NCBI GenBank assembly: GCA_050084515.1
Contig: CM114271.1
Span: forward strand, 2,294,001-2,358,000
DNA: 64,000 nucleotides
Reading direction: 5' to 3'
Origin: Blasia pusilla
Lineage: Eukaryota
Shown: piece after piece, positions 1-11,024 of the stretch
How the letters are laid out: each line of letters starts with the position of its first letter
Position numbering within the stretch: position 1 is the first letter of the stretch
The notes under the pieces: model-generated
Databases searched by the model: none
What the model was told of the DNA's origin: nothing
Seen by the model: the letters and a program-made list of their open reading frames with translations, nothing else
Made by a program: the position numbers and the translations under genes

Positions 1-445
1 GTTAGGGCGATTTCTTCCATGGGCACTCTGGTTCTTGGGTGCGCTTGAAAGTTGAAACCCTTCCGTGCCTCGGGATGCAGTGCGGGTGGATTGCAGCTGC
101 CCAGTCGCGTGCTGGACAGACGGTCGTCTCCAGAGAACGTGGGAGAAGACTGCAGTGTTGTTGTTGAATTTGATGGCAGGGTAGAGACGCGTTTGTCCGT
201 TTGCTGTCTCCTCCCCACAGCTCACATCCCGCGTAGGGAATGATGTGGAGTTGCGGGCGTGTGGGGCATGGGATGGCGCAGTGGCGCACCGAAGGAGCTA
301 GACACGACGAGAACAATGAACGCGAAGAGTGAGTTCCGAATGGGATGGGTTAAAAGATATTGTATTGATATCCCAGTCACAAAAAATACACATCGAATTT
401 TTGCGTAGAATGTCCTACGACTAAAATGCCTGCAATCCGGTGAGG

Positions 446-1135
446 TCAGGTGACGACCTCTGCCATTCTCTTCAAGTCGGCTTCACTCAACCTCTGATGC
501 ATCAATTGCGCATCACCGTTCGGTGGCGTCAGTAGTGGAACCTCATCTTGGTCATTCTTGCCGCTTGAATGATCATGGCCATTTTCAGTTTCAGAGCCAG
601 TGGGATCTTCAGCTGAAGGCGTGACTGTCGTCACCTGAAGACCCTCGGGCAGCAAACAATTGCAAAACCTACCTATCCTCGCAAGCCTGTTCACCCAGCC
701 AGGAATGTCCTTGCCAGTTAACCTACAGCATATATCATTCGAGAAGTGGTTGCAGTTCTTTGAAATCAGATGGTAAGTGTCTCCGTTATACTGGTCGGCG
801 CAGGCCTCCATGAACTTATGGCATTCCTCGTGTGTCATGTCCGTAGTCCCTAACAAGACGCTACTGCGAAAAGTAAATCCTGGACAATGGCGCGGATCGA
901 CTTCAAATACTCCGCTGGTAGGGAAGTCGTGCGCACCGAAAGCATACTCCACATCATGCACTTCAATTCCCGAGTGGAAAATCCCGAGCCCAAACCAATA
1001 GCAATAGTCATTCATCGGCGTCAGATCGTAGACATTGAGATAGATGGGCACGCGAGTTTTGCCACTGCTTGGGGAGGAGCCCGACGCCGGGACAACAGCA
1101 CTTCCTCGCATTCTCTCCAGTCGAGTGTTTGTCAT
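446..1135 (-). CDS. DeSI/PPPDE-family deSUMOylating isopeptidase-like protein, single coding exon
   Basis: 229-aa ORF with the PPPDE motifs IYLNVYDL, GIFHSGIEVH (catalytic His) and YHLISKNCNHFS (catalytic Cys), plus IPGWVNRLARIG. The true start may be the second Met (MRGS). Confidence 0.93.
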   Translation of the reverse strand: MTNTRLERMRGSAVVPASGSSPSSGKTRVPIYLNVYDLTPMNDYCYWFGLGIFHSGIEVHDVEYAFGAHDFPTSGVFEVDPRHCPGFTFRSSVLLGTTDMTHEECHKFMEACADQYNGDTYHLISKNCNHFSNDICCRLTGKDIPGWVNRLARIGRFCNCLLPEGLQVTTVTPSAEDPTGSETENGHDHSSGKNDQDEVPLLTPPNGDAQLMHQRLSEADLKRMAEVVT

Positions 1136-1454
1136 TACCGACCGTCGATTGCTGCGCGGACTCCGACCAACAACTCAACTCACGCTGCAACCGCACAATT
1201 CCAGTCATCCAGGTAGGGCTCACAGATTCACATCACACAATCAGTCAACCCAAGAAGCCTGTCTGATTCCATACTCGATTCCCACACCCTCATCGTTCAG
1301 GCCTCTCCACCGCCTCGACTATCGTTCCAACCCTCCTCACGTTACAGGAGACCAATTCAGCCCATCCAGGTGCGAGCACTCTAGGATTTTGCAGAGTCAA
1401 CCTACCCGAACAAGCTGTCCCTCTCCGATTACCCTCCCACTATCACCATCACAA

Positions 1455-2021
1455 CCATCGTCGTCGTCGTCGTCGCTCACCTCCGCCTCAAGCCTCGCGA
1501 TCTCCCACGCGACTCGATTTCTTCCTCCGTCGTCCGTCCCTGCGCGTCCTCTTAACTCGTTTCCTCCATGTGCGAGATCTCCTCGCCTCCTGCTTCACTT
1601 GGCTTCCTTTCTGATGCACTCCTTCCTCCTCCTCCCGCGCTCCTGGTTTCGCCTCCGCCGCTCTACCTGCCCACCCGCGCACTTCGTTCCGCTTCTCCCC
1701 TCCCGCGCACTTCGCTTCGACTCTTCCGCTCTCCTTCTGCGCACTCCGCTTCGACTCTTCCGCTCCTCCTCCTCCTCCCCTCCCGCGCGCGCCTTCCCTT
1801 CGATTCTTTCGCTCCCCTCCTGCCCTCTTCGCTCCAATCCTCCGCTCCTCTGCGCTTCCGCGCTCTTCGCTTCGATACTCCTGCTCCCCTCCCCTCCCCT
1901 CCCCTCCTCTCCTCTCCTCTCCTGCGCACTCCACTTCGATTCTGCTTCTGCGCGATCCGTTTCGCTTCGTTTCTCAGACTCGCGCTGCTGCTGATCTTCC
2001 TTCGCGCTCGCTCTCGCCCTC

Positions 2022-2061
<40 letters not shown>

Positions 2062-2160
2062 CACCAATCGCGACGCGAAGATGACAGGGAGAGGTATGCA
2101 GAGGACAGGGCGTGAGAGAGAGAGAGAGAGAGAGCGAGAGAGGGAGGGGGAGTCGTAGGA
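1455..2160. repeat. Low-complexity CT-rich tract with degenerate repeats and (GA)n microsatellites, probably the DeSI 5' UTR/promoter
   Basis: A recurrent gcactYcgcttcgaYtcttccgctc-like motif at about 1700-1945. (GA)n runs at about 2029-2058 and 2115-2141. Confidence 0.7.
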
Positions 2161-3329
2161 GGGAGGGGGGACTTCCTCTGTTGAGTACGATGACGACTGG
2201 GCTCGCTGTCTCCAGCTGGGAAGGACACCGATGCAATCTGTGCTCTGGACTTATGCATCCTCTCGTCCCTCTGACCCCCGCCCGCGCGTGGTACGCATCC
2301 TCCTCTGGTTTGGCAGGGTTGACCTGGGATTAACTCGGGATGCCTGTCGCTTCACTTAACTTGGAAGACACGGTAATTGCGCAAGCACCGGCTAAACTAA
2401 CGAGTTTCCGCAGGTAACCGGTAAATTTTGACCGGTTTGGGGCCTCTCCGAAGAAGGGGAAGAAATTCACAAGTGTGCGGCCAAAAGTTATTAAGAAGGT
2501 GTAAGAGAGATAGGTGGAAAAAACACACCTTGAGATGATGTATTGTAAATCTAGAAGTAGAAAGGAAATGATTAAAGTGGTGTAGAGTAGTTAGTAGTAA
2601 GTGAGTTTGAAAAGGGATAAAACATCATGTGCACTTAGAAAGTTATGGATGGTATATTTCAGGTGATATTGGGGAAAATGTTGACATGGATGACCTACAA
2701 GTGAAGAGTGTTGTAATAGAAAATGACTTTGGAGTAACCTTAGTAGTCATTCTAGTTTGAAAGCAAAATGCTGAATGGAATTTTGTGGACAGCCTAAATG
2801 TTTGGAGTGTTGTGTAATGTATGAATATTACCTTAGATGGATATATTCATTGCAGGCATGGACAATGATACTGAAGTGAGTTTGAATGAACGTGACATGT
2901 GCTTGGGGCAGGGGTAAGTGCAAAATTTTTAGTGGAGTTATAATGGTGAGTAGATGAATGCTTTGAAGACTATTTGTGTTGTATGTGTGGCTGTCATAGG
3001 TTGCGGTGAAGAAGAAATAGATTTTTGGGTGGATTTTAAAAACAGATATCATGTTATTTTTGGAATACATAATGGAAGGAACAATAAAGCATGAAATAGT
3101 AAGTTGGTTTACATAGAACTGAAGTGAGTGAAAAGTAGGCAGATCAATAGATAAAGATGAAATAGGAGATATACATGCTTATAAAGTATAGAGTACTTGT
3201 AGAGGTCTGCTCATACATAGAAAGTACTCTAATAAATTATATTAGTCGTATACCAACACAAGAATAAAAGTTCTTACAAAGTTATAGTGGGATAGAAGTA
3301 TTGTCTATCGAAAAGCAATAGCATTGCTT

Positions 3330-3843
3330 TGTCACGTCTTTTAGGATAGATCGGTGAGATCTAATAGAACGCCTTCATGAGTAGTGGAGGACACGCCTAG
3401 TAGGTCAAGGGTGACCTGTTGAGGCCCTTGGAAACCTGAGATAGCAGGTTTCCCCTTCGTTTCGGCTCATTTGGAGCCATATTGAGGAACTTACTATTTT
3501 AGGTAAGTACCATTTTGAGTATATGATCGACTTACTATTTTTGGTAAGTGGCCCTTGACTTCCTACATCAGGTCAAGAGCCAAGGAGGTGACTTGGGAGC
3601 ATAGGTTACCATGGAGAGAGCTTGGGAGAAGGGAGGGGTATACCTCAAGGAGAGAGAGCTTGAGAGCTCATTCTCTCTTTGTTGAACCTCTTGGCATGAG
3701 GCGGCGGAGCTATGGTACCTTGCCTTGTGAGTGTAACCCAAGCCTCTCATTAGGAGAGTGGGTTTGGGTTGACATGAGAGAGAGTCCACACCTTTGAGAG
3801 CTATGGTGTGAGATGGTGGAGAGAGAGATTGGATCTTACTTTA
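3330..3843 (+). repeat. E1 repeat A1 (514 bp)
   Basis: Direct repeat of 11155-11668, about 15 substitutions by eye. TATA-like GTATAC at about 3638-3643. Confidence 0.95.
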
Positions 3844-3858
3844 CAAAGAGAGAATGAG
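3843..3858 (+). promoter_or_regulatory. E1 putative self-priming site at the PBS position
   Basis: ACAAAGAGAGAATGAG is the exact reverse complement of 3667-3682 (CTCATTCTCTCTTTGT) inside repeat A. No TGG-starting tRNA PBS is present. Confidence 0.7.
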
Positions 3859-5435
3859 AGAATGAGAGAGTGAGAGAGCTTCATGGGGGAGCTCGCTCGT
3901 CACTCGCTTTTTTTGCAGGTTGGGGACCGTGTTCCCCGTTCAGCGGCTCATGGGAGTGCTCACCGGAGCAAGGGCTGGTTTCATTATTCTTTGCATTTGC
4001 CGATTTTTCGTGTGGAAGAGTGGCGCGCGGAAGCGCTGCCCAATTTCTGATAGGGATTGAGTATGGGGACAGGTTGCCCCATGCTGGTGCTCTCGAGAGC
4101 ACCATGTAGCTTGCTGATTTGTATTTTTACAGATGTTACATTTTGTTGGGAGAAATCAGCGGAGCGCTGCGAATTTTTTGTGTAGGAGAAAGAGACATTG
4201 GGCTTTACGACAGTCCCGTCAGTTTTACTGAAATTTTTGATTCTAAATATTTTTGATGCTGGCAAGATCGTGAAATTTGTGCACGTTGTGCAAGAAAAAT
4301 AGTGCACAATTTGGAGTTGTCCATTGAGCAAAAAGTTATGGTCAATCTTGTAAAGCTGCCATTGCTAGGCGATTTTTAGGTTAAATCGTGCAAATCCTAA
4401 ATTCGCCACACTCCCAAATCGTCGCCATCATAGTCACCGTCAACGGTCGACGGTCAACCGTCACCGTCATCAGTCGGCCGTCACCATCAGCGGTCAACCG
4501 TCATTGTCAACGGTCAACCGTCCATTGTCCTCCCTTTGGGTGCCATTGCCGCCATTACGGAGTGGAGGGTCTTCCACGGCGTTCGTTGATTCCTTGACTT
4601 GCGTTGCCACCACGTACTTTGTTTTGGCCGCCACCGTCATCGCATTTCTTCATCAACCAATGAAGGAGATGACCTCCGGTTATGGTGTTTGAGTTTTGAT
4701 TTCATGCTGCTATGTTGTGATTGGTAGCCGCTCGGCGGACGATCGAGTATCGTGCCGTGACGCCGTGAGCCGTAAGCCGCAACGCCGCGCCGATTGCCCA
4801 CCGCCCGTGCCGCTCGTGGCCGCACCGCACCGTCTCAATCGCGGAGCCGCACCGTCATTGTGGAGCAGAGTGTGGGATTATTATTGATTGAGGAGGGTAT
4901 GCCGCCGAGTGCCGCATCCCACCATCGAGGGCCGTGCCGTTCGTAGCCGTTCCGTGCCGCCTGCAACGCCGCACCGTTCCGCTGGGACCGCATTATCTAT
5001 CGAGGAGTTTTGAGCAGCATCAGTATGGGAGGAGTATGACTTGCTGATTGGAGGAGTTGTCTCCACGATCGAGTTGGGGTCGAGATTCGCAGTTGTTGAG
5101 GAGCGACATCGACATGTGTTCAGGTTACCCATTCTGGTCCTTTACCCTGCACGTGTGAGGGATTCTGGGATTTATTTGGGGATATTGGGTGTGTGGATGC
5201 TGAGAGCATCATTTATATATGTGGTTTAGGGGACATAGACCTGTGTGGGATGTCCGGAGTGAAGGGTAGGTTGTCGATGAGATGATAGCCTGGTCGATTT
5301 GCCGCACCACGCCGCGTGTTGCCGCACGTTACACGTCTCGGGGAGAGAGAGTGTAGATCGAGTGCCGCATGTTTGGGATGAGTGATTGAGGGATTCCTCA
5401 CGAGGTTCAGAGTGATCAGGTGAGAGGGGCACGAG

Positions 5436-6153
5436 GGTCATCACGGAGTCCGTTCGGGACTTTGAGAGGCGAGGTGGTGAACCCGAGAGTAGCTCTAGAG
5501 GTTTTACGCGGAGTGGCGCGAGGTTCCGAGGGTCTCCACGTGAGGGACCACCTCGACCTCCTTCTGTGTCATCGTCAGACGAGGGGGAGGTTGTAGAGGA
5601 GTTTGTGAGCACATCGCCACACGTTGTGAGTGGTCCTACCAGTTGGGCATACGAGATGGACGACCGGGGTAGAGGACATCGTAGGTTTACAGGTGCAGTA
5701 GGCACGATTGAGTTGCACGATTTTATAGCAGAGTTTAGGAGTTGGTGCGACTCCCAACGTGCCAGGAACTCTAGAGAGTTCAACCCATTTACAGCATGGA
5801 ACGGTATGTTCCAACATTTAGAGGGGGCGCCCATGGACGATTACCATGAGTTCTCTCGGAGAAATGCATGTGAGATCGAGGCGTGGAGGCTCTACTATGA
5901 CCCACATTATGTGTCATGGACGGAGCCGTTCCCAGATGAGGAGGAGGAGTCAGGAGAGGCTACTGCCTCTTCTACTAGTGACGTTTTAGGAGGAGTCACT
6001 CGCACGGGAGCAATTGCACCGTCTAGTCGGGTTCGTCCCAGGTTCAACCCTGTGGTTGAGTTCTTTGCTGAGTTGAGGGCGAGCTACCAGGGGGTACGGA
6101 CGGAGAAGTTGTGGAGCATCCACGACTTCCAGAGGCGCCCGGGTGAGAGTGCC
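5436..6153 (+). pseudogene. E1 gag-like region, C-terminally deleted
   Basis: RRFTGAVGTIELHDFIAEFRSWCD...LEGAPMDDYHEF aligns with the E2 gag fragments RRYSGAVGTIELEDFM and LEGPPMDDYHEF. Assigned as gag from its position upstream of pol. Confidence 0.7.
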
Positions 6154-6439
6154 ATCACTTGGCCTAGTGATTTGATTGAGGGACATGTCCATGCAGAGGA
6201 TACTCCCGTTCCTGACATTTCTATGGAGAGGAGTGTTATGGTAGCTGCATCATTCCGTGGAGGAGAGGTGTGTGGGGCTCGGACCGAGGAGCTTCAACGA
6301 TTCCCCGATGAGCACGCAGGCACCATGGCATGGAGCGCGGCGTTTGCACAGGCGTGATGGGTCTGAGGAACCCGAGGTAGCAGGGAGTGCTACGATGACA
6401 CCCTTGGATACCACACCCATTGTGTGGTGTACCCTGGAG

Positions 6440-7360
6440 GAGGGTATTCGAGTGTTAGATCTCTTTGGAGGGATTAGCACCGGGTTAGGTGCTGTTTTGC
6501 AGGCATGAGTGAAGAAATCTGGCCAGCACTGTATGTGGAGAGTGATGATGTTGCAGGGCGCGTCTCACTACGACATGTGGCGCAATTACGCCCACGTTTT
6601 CCCGACTTATTATGCGTCCGCGTCTGAGGATACCGAGTTCCCTACCGAGGATATTTTTTGTTGGGGCGCAGGACTTAGAGCGGTAGGGACCATTGATTTG
6701 GTCATTTCCGGTTGGCCATGTTAGGGCCAATCGAGTCGGACGAGGCAAAGCGGCGGGTTGGCGACACTCGGTCCAGGTTGTTTTGGGAGATGTTGAGGGT
6801 CTTACGGCAGTTGCAAGAGCACCAGTCTCGTTCTCTAGCCTTCATTCTCGAGAATGTGCCGATCTTAGGAGACTCCAAGTCACGGGTCGTGACGAGTGCT
6901 CATCAGGTGCGTGCCTGGATCGGCCCAGCAGTGTTCTTGGATGCGGCGAGGGTAGGTTCTAGAGCCCATCGCCCGCGTCTATGGTGGACAAACTTGGTGC
7001 CCCATGCGTTGTTATGGAGGGCGTATGCGAGAGTGGAGCGCCCCTCCCCTTTGTTAGTGGATTCCATTCTGGATCCAGGTCGTCGATCACAGGCAGTGAG
7101 GCACGATGATCGACCACCGCTGATTGTGGTCAACAGGGTAGGCAGGTCGCGGGCAGCCTTGCCCACGTTTGTGAGTTTTCCCGCTTCCTATGCATACAAG
7201 GAGGCCGGTCCTGGCTTGGTTTGGGATGACCAGGTTCAGCGGTTGGTGGAGCCCAACGCCGACGAGAGAGAGCGAGCGATGGGATTTCCCACAGGAGTGA
7301 CGGCAGTACCATCAGTGTAAGAGGCATCACGACGCCATGTCTTGGGTCAGGCGATGGACT
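6440..7360 (+). pseudogene. E1 DNMT3-like C5 cytosine DNA methyltransferase domain (frameshifted)
   Basis: Motif I VLDLFGGISTG, motif IV DLVISGWPC (next codon TAG where E2 has Gln), motif VI FILENV, motif VIII AHRPRLWWTN, motifs IX/X ERERAMGFP...VLGQAMD. Confidence 0.9.
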
Positions 7361-7849
7361 GGCGCTTGACATGGATCCTCGGCTTGGGAGTGGTGAGCAA
7401 CGCGTCATATGAGATCGCGACATATCACAACGGTTGCGTTGGTGAGCCCCATGCCTACCGAGACGGTGGAGGCAGTGGCTGGGGGCGAGACCCGAGGAGA
7501 TCTACGCACCAGGGGAGATCGGGAGAGACACCCTTGGACTTCTTGGGATGTTTTGAAGGTACGCAAGGAGATGATAGCCACAGCATCGAGCGTGGTTTCG
7601 GGCACTGCACGTGGAGGAGATCAGAGTTTGCAGTTGGCTGCAGGAGAGCGGCCGAGTGTTGTTGTTCAAGAGGGGTTGCACCATAGCAACCACCGATACC
7701 GCGCCGGAGAGTCCCTCGTAGTCACGATGGAGACTTGGGAGCCGATATGGGCCCTAAGTTGACAGGGGAGGAGAGCGGCGCCGAATACATCGTTCCTCGA
7801 AGTTATAGGAGCGCTGCGTTTAGCATGGAGGATTTGGGTACGTTGAAGG

Positions 7850-9160
7850 GACCGGGGATCCGCATTGAGTTGTCGAGTGATATGCCGATCTTCCGACGAC
7901 CCTACAGGTCTGATGATATGGAGAGGGCTCTGATTCAGAGTAGGAGCCAGGACTTGGTCGGAGCAGGACTAGTGGAGATGTCGCATGGGGAGTATGCATC
8001 TGCCACTATCATGCCCGCCAAGAAGGATGTGCATGGCAACTGGACGGATAGGCGGATGTGTGGGGATTACCGACCTATCAATCGGCAAACGAAGTCCGAT
8101 AGGTATGCCATGCCCACCCCTGAGGAGATCTTTGATGCGATTGGTAACGCAAAGGTCTTGATTCATTGATTTCGAGCCGGATACCATCACCGCCTATCGA
8201 TTGGAGGACAGGCAGAAGACGGCATTTTGGGGCATCGATCCTCACGGGAAGGATTGTTTGTACCAGTGGTGGTTCTTACCATTTGGGTTAAAGAACGCCA
8301 CGGCTGAGTTTCAGAGGGTCATGGATAGGATCTTGGCTGGTCTGGATTTTGCTAGGTGTTATATTGATGACATTGTAGTCTTTAGCGCCACGGTTGAGGA
8401 GCATGAGCAACATCTAGAGGAGGTGTTTTGACGATTGCAATTACATGGGCTGAAGCTACATCCAGGCAAGTGCAAGTTCTTCTATGACCAGATTGAGTAC
8501 TTGGGTCATACGATATACCCAAGGGGGCCTTGGTGTTCAGAGCGAAGGAAGAGGCTATCTCACGCATTCCACGCCCTACAGATGTGAGCCGTGTTCGCGC
8601 ATTCATGGGATTGGCGAACTTCTATCGGCGATACGTCAAGGGATTCAGTTCGATTGCGAAGCCGCTGACCTTGCTGACCAAGGTGGATCACGAGTGGCAC
8701 TGGGGGAATGAGCAGGAGCGAGCATTTCGATTGCTCAGGGGATAGGTTGGCGTCCGCACCCATCTTGAGGAGACCGATCAGGGGGCGTCCTTTCCAGTTG
8801 CACACATATAGGAGCATGTTGGGGCTTGGAGCGGTGCTCACCCACCATGATGATGAGGGTAGAGAGTTCGTGGTGGCTTCCGCTAGCCGCTCGAACAACG
8901 CTGCAGAGGCGAAGTACAACTTGTATGAGGGTGAGTGCTTGGCTGCGGTGTGGGTTGTCGCGCATTTCAGGTGTTACTTATTCGGAAACCCCTTTACCAT
9001 CATCACTGATCATCAACCACTGAAGTGGTTGATGGAGTCCGACAAGCTTACAGGGAAGCTTGCGAGATGGGCTCTGTTGTTGCAGGAGTATGATTTTCAG
9101 GTGGTACATAGACCTGGGACGCTCAACCAGGATGCAGATGGGTTGAGTCGTAACCCATGC
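7850..9160 (+). pseudogene. E1 reverse transcriptase and RNase H (Ty3/Gypsy type, frameshifted)
   Basis: RMCGDYRPIN, KTAFW, LPFGLKNA, CYIDDIVV, FMGLANFYRRYV; RNaseH GLGAVL, YEGECLA, IITDHQPLKWL, LARWALLLQEYDF, NQDADGLSR. Confidence 0.95.
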
Positions 9161-9529
9161 CTGAGTCAGCGAGATGCGACTGGAGCTCGATGGCATGGAG
9201 AGAGTGATGAGTAGTCGGTGCCAGGATAGCACGCGTCAGCCTATTTAGGCATGTTGGCTATGGAGAGCCAGAGTGTGGAGACTTCGATGGCGAGGTCTAG
9301 TGGAGAGTCCTTGGATCCCGAGGCCAGTGAGGACACGACAAGTGGCCGACATATTCATGATGATGGAGTATTCTTAGAGTACCTTCGTACTGGCAGCCTT
9401 GCAAGCACCATGGATACTAGAGAGCGGGATCGGATCCTACAGCGGGCCAGACGGTTCCGTTGGGAGGGGACACATATTTTGAGGGTTTGGGAGGATGGCA
9501 GAGTACGCTTAGTGCCGCATCCTTCACAG

Positions 9530-10600
9530 AGAGCACGACTAGTGCAGCATGCCCACAAGGAGTTGGGTCACTTTGGGGTGAAGCGGACGTATAGCTTGCT
9601 CCACATTCAGTATTGGTGGCGAGGCATGCAGAATGACGTTCAGCAATTTGTTGCCAGGTGCATGGTGTGTGATCGGGTCCGAGCATCGTTCAATGCTCCG
9701 ACTCCACAGTTGCATCCATTACCGATCATGGGCTTAGGGTATAGATGGATTTTGGATTTTGCAGGACCTTTGCCCTTGACGGAGCGTCACAGTCGTTATG
9801 TGTTGGTGATGGTCGAGCACTTCTCAAAGTGGATCGAGTTGGTTGCATTGCGACAAAGCGAGTGAGGGAGTAGCTTATGCCTTCCTTGACAGAGTCTTTG
9901 AGTCATTATGGCGCACCGGCGGAGTGTGTTGAGACCAGGGTACCGAAGTTTCGCGGTGAGTTCCAGGCCTTGTGTGATCGGGGGGCGATTCGACCACCGC
10001 CACGACGCGAGATCATCCTGAGGCGGATGGATTAGCGGAGATAGTTGTGCAGACGGTGAAGAGGGTTTACGCAAGTATGGCTTGCGAGAGAGGTCACCTA
10101 GGAGATTGGGACTTCAGTTGCCATGGTTGGCGATGGGATCTGATTCAGCGAGCACGCATCCTTAGCGTCTTTTTCACCGTATTTGCTACTTTATGGCGAG
10201 CCGATTTACTGCGGCCATTCGTCGAGATCTTTGGTGAGGTTTGAACCTTGATGACCAGATGTATGGGTGCGAGCATGTTCTCGAGGGCTGAGTTATTTCG
10301 AGAGTGATGCCCATGGCGTTCGAGAACTTGGCGATTGCACAAAGATCGGATACGTTGAGATATGCGACTATTCGTGGTGGTGGTTATCGACCAACTATCC
10401 GGAGGTTTCATCAAGGAGATTATGTCTACTTGCGCAGACGGCACCAACGGCGTTGGATGTGATCGCAGGCGCACTATCCGAGAGTGCGTGACATTTTGCC
10501 ATCGGGTGTTCTCTTCTTGTTGGAGGGACGCGATGGTATGGTATGGAAGGACCATGTGCGTAATTGTGCGCCATGTCACCTTCCTAACATTGATGGTACT
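9530..10600 (+). pseudogene. E1 DDE integrase (frameshifted)
   Basis: HHCC zinc finger (HAHKELGHFG...CMVCDR), core WILDFAGPLP and YVLVMVEHFSKW. The downstream core is broken by indels but is collinear with the E2 integrase. Confidence 0.9.
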
Positions 10601-10641
10601 GAAGAGATCCGAGCTTAGCGATAGTTCATGCGGGCTTGCGT

Positions 10642-10782
10642 TGTATGTTGTGTAGTTACGCCGTGTAGTGCGCCACGATGCTAGTCTATGATGGGTGTTC
10701 GAGAGGATGGCATATGGCATGTTTGACGCCACCTCTCACTAGGGTTCCTCAGGGACAATGGATGTGTCCCAGATGTACATAG
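10642..10782 (+). pseudogene. E1 PHD finger at the integrase C-terminus
   Basis: CMLC...MLVYDGCSRGWHMACLTPPLTRVPQGQWMCPRCT-stop; C4HC3 pattern with one Cys mutated to Tyr. Confidence 0.88.
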
Positions 10783-10993
10783 AGAAGGTAGTTCTACATT
10801 CCGACTTGTATCTGTGACATGGATGACAAGGAGGCGACTAACGATGGGGCCACATGAGCATCCGGTTTTCTTGCTCTTAGCGTCGAATCGAAAAAAAAGA
10901 AAGCAAATAATTCTATTATTATTAATAGAATTTTCTGCTTTCTTTTTTTACGATGTATGTCATGGTAGGTAGGGATAGATGGCTATCTGGAGT

Positions 10994-11024
10994 TAGAGGG
11001 ACCTAACCACCAGCTAGGGGGGCG
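10994..11024 (+). promoter_or_regulatory. E1 conserved polypurine-tract-like element immediately before B1
   Basis: TAGAGGGACCTAACCACCAGCTAGGGGGGCG, 29/31 identical to the E2 motif at 28477-28507 (-). Confidence 0.65.

Noticed and set aside
1044-2258. Several long ORFs (up to 316 aa) on both strands
   Set aside because: They arise from the CT/GA low-complexity tract lacking stop codons and contain no recognisable domain.
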